64,000 bases of DNA from Gemmatimonadaceae bacterium (GTDB lineage Bacteria > Gemmatimonadota > Gemmatimonadetes > Gemmatimonadales > Gemmatimonadaceae): the NCBI GenBank assembly GCA_040901985.1, contig JBBDYC010000009.1, positions 60,364 to 124,363 on the forward strand. The letters are read 5' to 3'. Positions 61,362 through 64,000 of this stretch are shown one piece after another. The notes below the pieces were generated by a model, which did no database searches, had not been told where the DNA came from, and saw only the letters and a program-made list of their open reading frames with translations. Position numbers and translations under genes: made by a program. How positions within the stretch are numbered: position 1 is the first letter of the stretch; each line of letters starts with the position of its first letter.

Positions 61362-61376
61362 GAACAGATGGCGAAC
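61362..61376 (-). promoter_or_regulatory. Candidate LexA (SOS) box
   Basis: GTTC-N7-GTTC on the recA strand, ~95 bp upstream of the start. Confidence 0.5.
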
Positions 61377-61565
61377 CGCACCGCTCCGCGCAAGGGGGGC
61401 ACTTTGCTTCCTTCCCCATTTTGGCACAAGCTCGAATACTTTCGAAACAGTAATCTGTAGAGTTCTAATAAGACATTACACTACAACGCGTTAAGTCGTC
61501 TCAGCGCACCGAAAATGGTGTGGATTTCGTGTTGACCGAGACCACTTTTCCACACTTTCCCACAC

Positions 61566-61934
61566 TCAACGGGTCACTTCGAAGGCGTTCGGGACGTGTT
61601 TGACAAGCACACGTTCGCCGGCCATCAGGACCCCGACGACGTCGAATTGATACGATTCCCCGTCGCGCCCGTGGCGATCAATCCAGACGTGGGCGCTACG
61701 GGTCAGTTCCCGCTGCTTGCGATGATGCACGGCCTCCACCGGGTCGCCAAAGTCGTCGCCCTTGCGGGCCTTCACCTCGACGAAGGCGATGGTGGACTCG
61801 CGCTGGGCGACGAGGTCAATGTCCCGACGCCCGTTCCTGAACCGCCGCGCGAGGATCCGCCAGCCCTGGCGCGTGAGCCAGCGCTCGGCGATGCGTTCGC
61901 CTAGGTGGCCCAGCCGTTGATTGTGGTTCGTCAT
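61566..61934 (-). CDS. yraN: YraN (UPF0102) family protein
   Basis: LGHLGERIAERWL..GWRILARRFR..IDLVA...FVEVKAR, FDVV. Confidence 0.92.
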   Translation of the reverse strand: MTNHNQRLGHLGERIAERWLTRQGWRILARRFRNGRRDIDLVAQRESTIAFVEVKARKGDDFGDPVEAVHHRKQRELTRSAHVWIDRHGRDGESYQFDVVGVLMAGERVLVKHVPNAFEVTR

Positions 61935-62028
61935 GGCGGCGAACCTAGCGCTGCCGGCCTTGCTCGGCGTCACCGTCGTGTTGCGGCCGATGGCGGATCG
62001 TTGCCTGGCTTTTACTGCTCTGCAGCTG

Positions 62029-62420
62029 TGCGCGCCGGTCGGTCGGGGCCGCGCCCGCCGCTTCGGGCCCTCGGCCTTACACGCTGCGAGCCCCCGCGAA
62101 CTGCTGCGGGGTCTCTTGCTACGGCCGGGGGCCCTGCGCGTCGCGCACGGCCCCTTCCTCCCTGGGGCGGGCTGCGAGTGTCGTGAGCCTGCTGGCTCCG
62201 CTTCGCGTGGGGCCGGCGCGCGGGGGCGCGAGGGAGCCGGCAGCGCCGGGCTCGCGCTGACTGGGACTCGGCCTGGGCAGGAGGGAGGGAGGGAGGGCGC
62301 GGGCGCGCGGCGCAGGGGCCTACGCCGTAGCAAGAGCCCCCGCAGCAGTTCGCGGGGGCTCGCAGCGTGTAAGGCGTTGGCCCCGAAGCCGTGCGACCGT
62401 GCCCGACCGACCGGCGCGCG
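62029..62420. repeat. ~390-bp imperfect palindrome (long hairpin)
   Basis: ccttacacgctgcgagcccccgcgaactgctgcggg...tcttgctacggc pairs with gccgtagcaaga...cccgcagcagttcgcgggggctcgcagcgtgtaagg; further nested pairings inside and outside. Confidence 0.85.
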
Positions 62421-62494
62421 CAAAAGCCCGACCGACCGGCGCGCACGAGACCGACCGGCGTGCGCAAAAGCCCGACCGCCCGCGCGCACGAACC
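62407..62494. repeat. 44-bp tandem duplication
   Basis: ccgaccggcg(c/t)gcgcaaaagcccgaccg...gcgcacga twice. Confidence 0.8.
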
Positions 62495-62561
62495 CTGACT
62501 TCGCACCGCCCGCCGCCTCCTCATATTGCGACCGACGCACCACGAGACCGCCGAGGCGAAA

Positions 62562-63815
62562 ATGATCCGCAGGGACGTGCTGACGCTGGTGCTGGCCGCC
62601 GCAGCGCTGGGGGCCGCGCCGAGGACCGCCGAGGGGATTCCGCCGTTCGCGAGGAAGTACGGCGTGAGTTGCAACCTCTGTCATCAACCGGTGCCGCGAC
62701 TGACGCCCTTTGGCGAGGCATTCGCGGCGAACGGGTTCGAGTTCGCCGTTGGCGAGCCGCCGCGGGACACCATCTTCACCGGCGACCCCCTGCTCCGCCT
62801 CCAGCGCACCTTCCCGCTCGGCGCGCGCGTGGATGCCTATCAGCGACTGCTCTCGAAGCGCGCCGCCGGTGAGGCCGCGCTCGACCAGCAGATCCCGTGG
62901 ACGGTGAAGGTCCTCAGCGGCGGGCAGGTGGCCGACAAGATCAGCTACTACCTGTACTTTCTGGTTTCCGAGCGCGGGACCGTCGCCGGGCTCGAGGATG
63001 CGTACATCCAGTTCACCGACATCGGCGGCAGCGGCGTGAGCGTGCTGGCGGGCCAATTCCAGGTCTCGGACCCGCTCTTCAAGCGCGAGGTGCGACTGCC
63101 GTACGAGGACTTTCACGCGTACCGCGTGCGGGTGGGCCTCACGCGCGCCGACCTGACGTACGACCGCGGGCTGATGGCCGTCTGGTCGCCGCGCACCGGC
63201 ACCAATCTCGCACTACAGGTGGTGAACGGCCGCGGACTCGACCCCGCCAACGAAGCGCGCCAGTACGACACCGATTCGCACCAGAACTTCGCCCTCCGCG
63301 CCTCGCAGGAGGTGGGGCCCCTGCGCCTCGGCGTCTTCGGCTACGCGGGAAACGAGACCGCGGCGGGTTTCAGCAGCCGCATCCGCATCTTCGGTCCCGA
63401 TCTCACACTGCCGCTGGGGTCGTTCGGCGAACTGAACGTTCAGGCGCTGCGGCGATGGGACAGCGACCCCTTCCTCGGCAGTTGCACGCCCGGCACACCC
63501 TGCCCGGGCGGCGCGACGGCGCCGTTTTCGACCGCGGTGGACGCCGGATTCGCCGAGGTGGTGCTCTGGCCGGCGGGCCCTGCCGGCCGATGGTTCGTGA
63601 CCGGGCTGATGAACGTGGTCTCGTCCGACGTGCCGGTGGTCTCCCTCCGACTGGGTGAGGAGAACAGCGCGGTCGGATATCTTAGGGAGTACCGGATGGG
63701 CAGTCTTGGCCTTCACTACGTGCTCCGCCGGAACGTGCGACTGATGGGCGAGGCCGGCTGGGACTTCGAGCTCGACCGGGCCCGGCTGGTGACGGGGTTC
63801 ACGCTCGGCTTCTGA
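62562..63815 (+). CDS. Cyc2-like fused monoheme cytochrome c / outer-membrane porin
   Basis: Signal peptide, then IPPFARKYGVSCNLCH..VPRLTPFGEAF..NGF; beta-strand-rich remainder; terminal Phe. Confidence 0.75.
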   Translation: MIRRDVLTLVLAAAALGAAPRTAEGIPPFARKYGVSCNLCHQPVPRLTPFGEAFAANGFEFAVGEPPRDTIFTGDPLLRLQRTFPLGARVDAYQRLLSKRAAGEAALDQQIPWTVKVLSGGQVADKISYYLYFLVSERGTVAGLEDAYIQFTDIGGSGVSVLAGQFQVSDPLFKREVRLPYEDFHAYRVRVGLTRADLTYDRGLMAVWSPRTGTNLALQVVNGRGLDPANEARQYDTDSHQNFALRASQEVGPLRLGVFGYAGNETAAGFSSRIRIFGPDLTLPLGSFGELNVQALRRWDSDPFLGSCTPGTPCPGGATAPFSTAVDAGFAEVVLWPAGPAGRWFVTGLMNVVSSDVPVVSLRLGEENSAVGYLREYRMGSLGLHYVLRRNVRLMGEAGWDFELDRARLVTGFTLGF

Positions 63816-63838
63816 CCAACGACGAGGAGACTCTGCTG

Positions 63839-64000
63839 ATGCTGTTCTCCACCCCAAGCGTGCTCACGATGATTCACGGCATCGTCCTCAGCGGCGGCGC
63901 ACTGCTGGCGCTCGCCGCCGCACTCTTTGCCGTGCGGGCGATGGCGCTCCCCGACGGCGCGCCCGTGAGCCAAGCCCAGGGCACGAGCTTCGCCCGGGTG
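63839..64000 (+). CDS. Membrane protein, runs off the window
   Basis: GAGGAG SD; MLFSTPSVLTMIHGIVLSGGALLAL... Confidence 0.55.
   Translation, partial: MLFSTPSVLTMIHGIVLSGGALLALAAALFAVRAMALPDGAPVSQAQGTSFARV

Noticed and set aside
62029..62420. RNase P, 6S, SRP or tmRNA
   Set aside because: No GAGGAAAGTCC, SRP or tmRNA terminal motifs; too long and too symmetric for 6S
61935..63116. 516-aa N-terminally extended YraN
   Set aside because: The extension runs through the palindrome and antisense to the cytochrome-porin; the YraN domain starts at 61934

Overview
High-GC bacterial chromosome segment. Gemmatimonadota-like is my inference from protein style and gene order; it is not proven. (1) 0.05-2 kb: a pair of exported/outer-membrane protein genes and divergent tRNA-Ile2(CAT)/tRNA-Val(CAC). 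(2) 2-36.7 kb: a composite surface-polysaccharide region with 3 flippases, 2 polymerase/ligase proteins, 2 co-polymerases, 2 SLBB/Wza exporters, 2 divergent Wzi-like proteins, GTs, methyltransferases, an AsnB-like amidotransferase, a bi-domain oxidoreductase, heparinase II/III, wecB and gmhA. It includes an opposite-strand, compositionally distinct sub-block with broken genes at both ends. (3) 37-42 kb: four Uma2 paralogs interleaved with toxin-antitoxin modules in which every toxin/enzyme half is damaged while the antitoxin half is intact. (4) alaS, a wecA-like gene, hicAB, an orphan Phd, a hybrid kinase and an OM protein. (5) A ~5.5 kb island bounded by 171-bp direct repeats, carrying IS3 and IS91/ISCR remnants with an oriIS-like site plus AraC/hydrolase/M20/diaminopropionate ammonia-lyase cargo. 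(6) recA and recX separated by a hicAB unit flanked by 33-bp hairpin direct repeats and by an RHH-nucleotidyltransferase fusion that overlaps the recX start; a GTTC-N7-GTTC box lies upstream of recA. (7) yraN, a ~390-nt quasi-palindrome and a Cyc2-like cytochrome-porin. All calls come from reading motifs by eye; no database searches were run.
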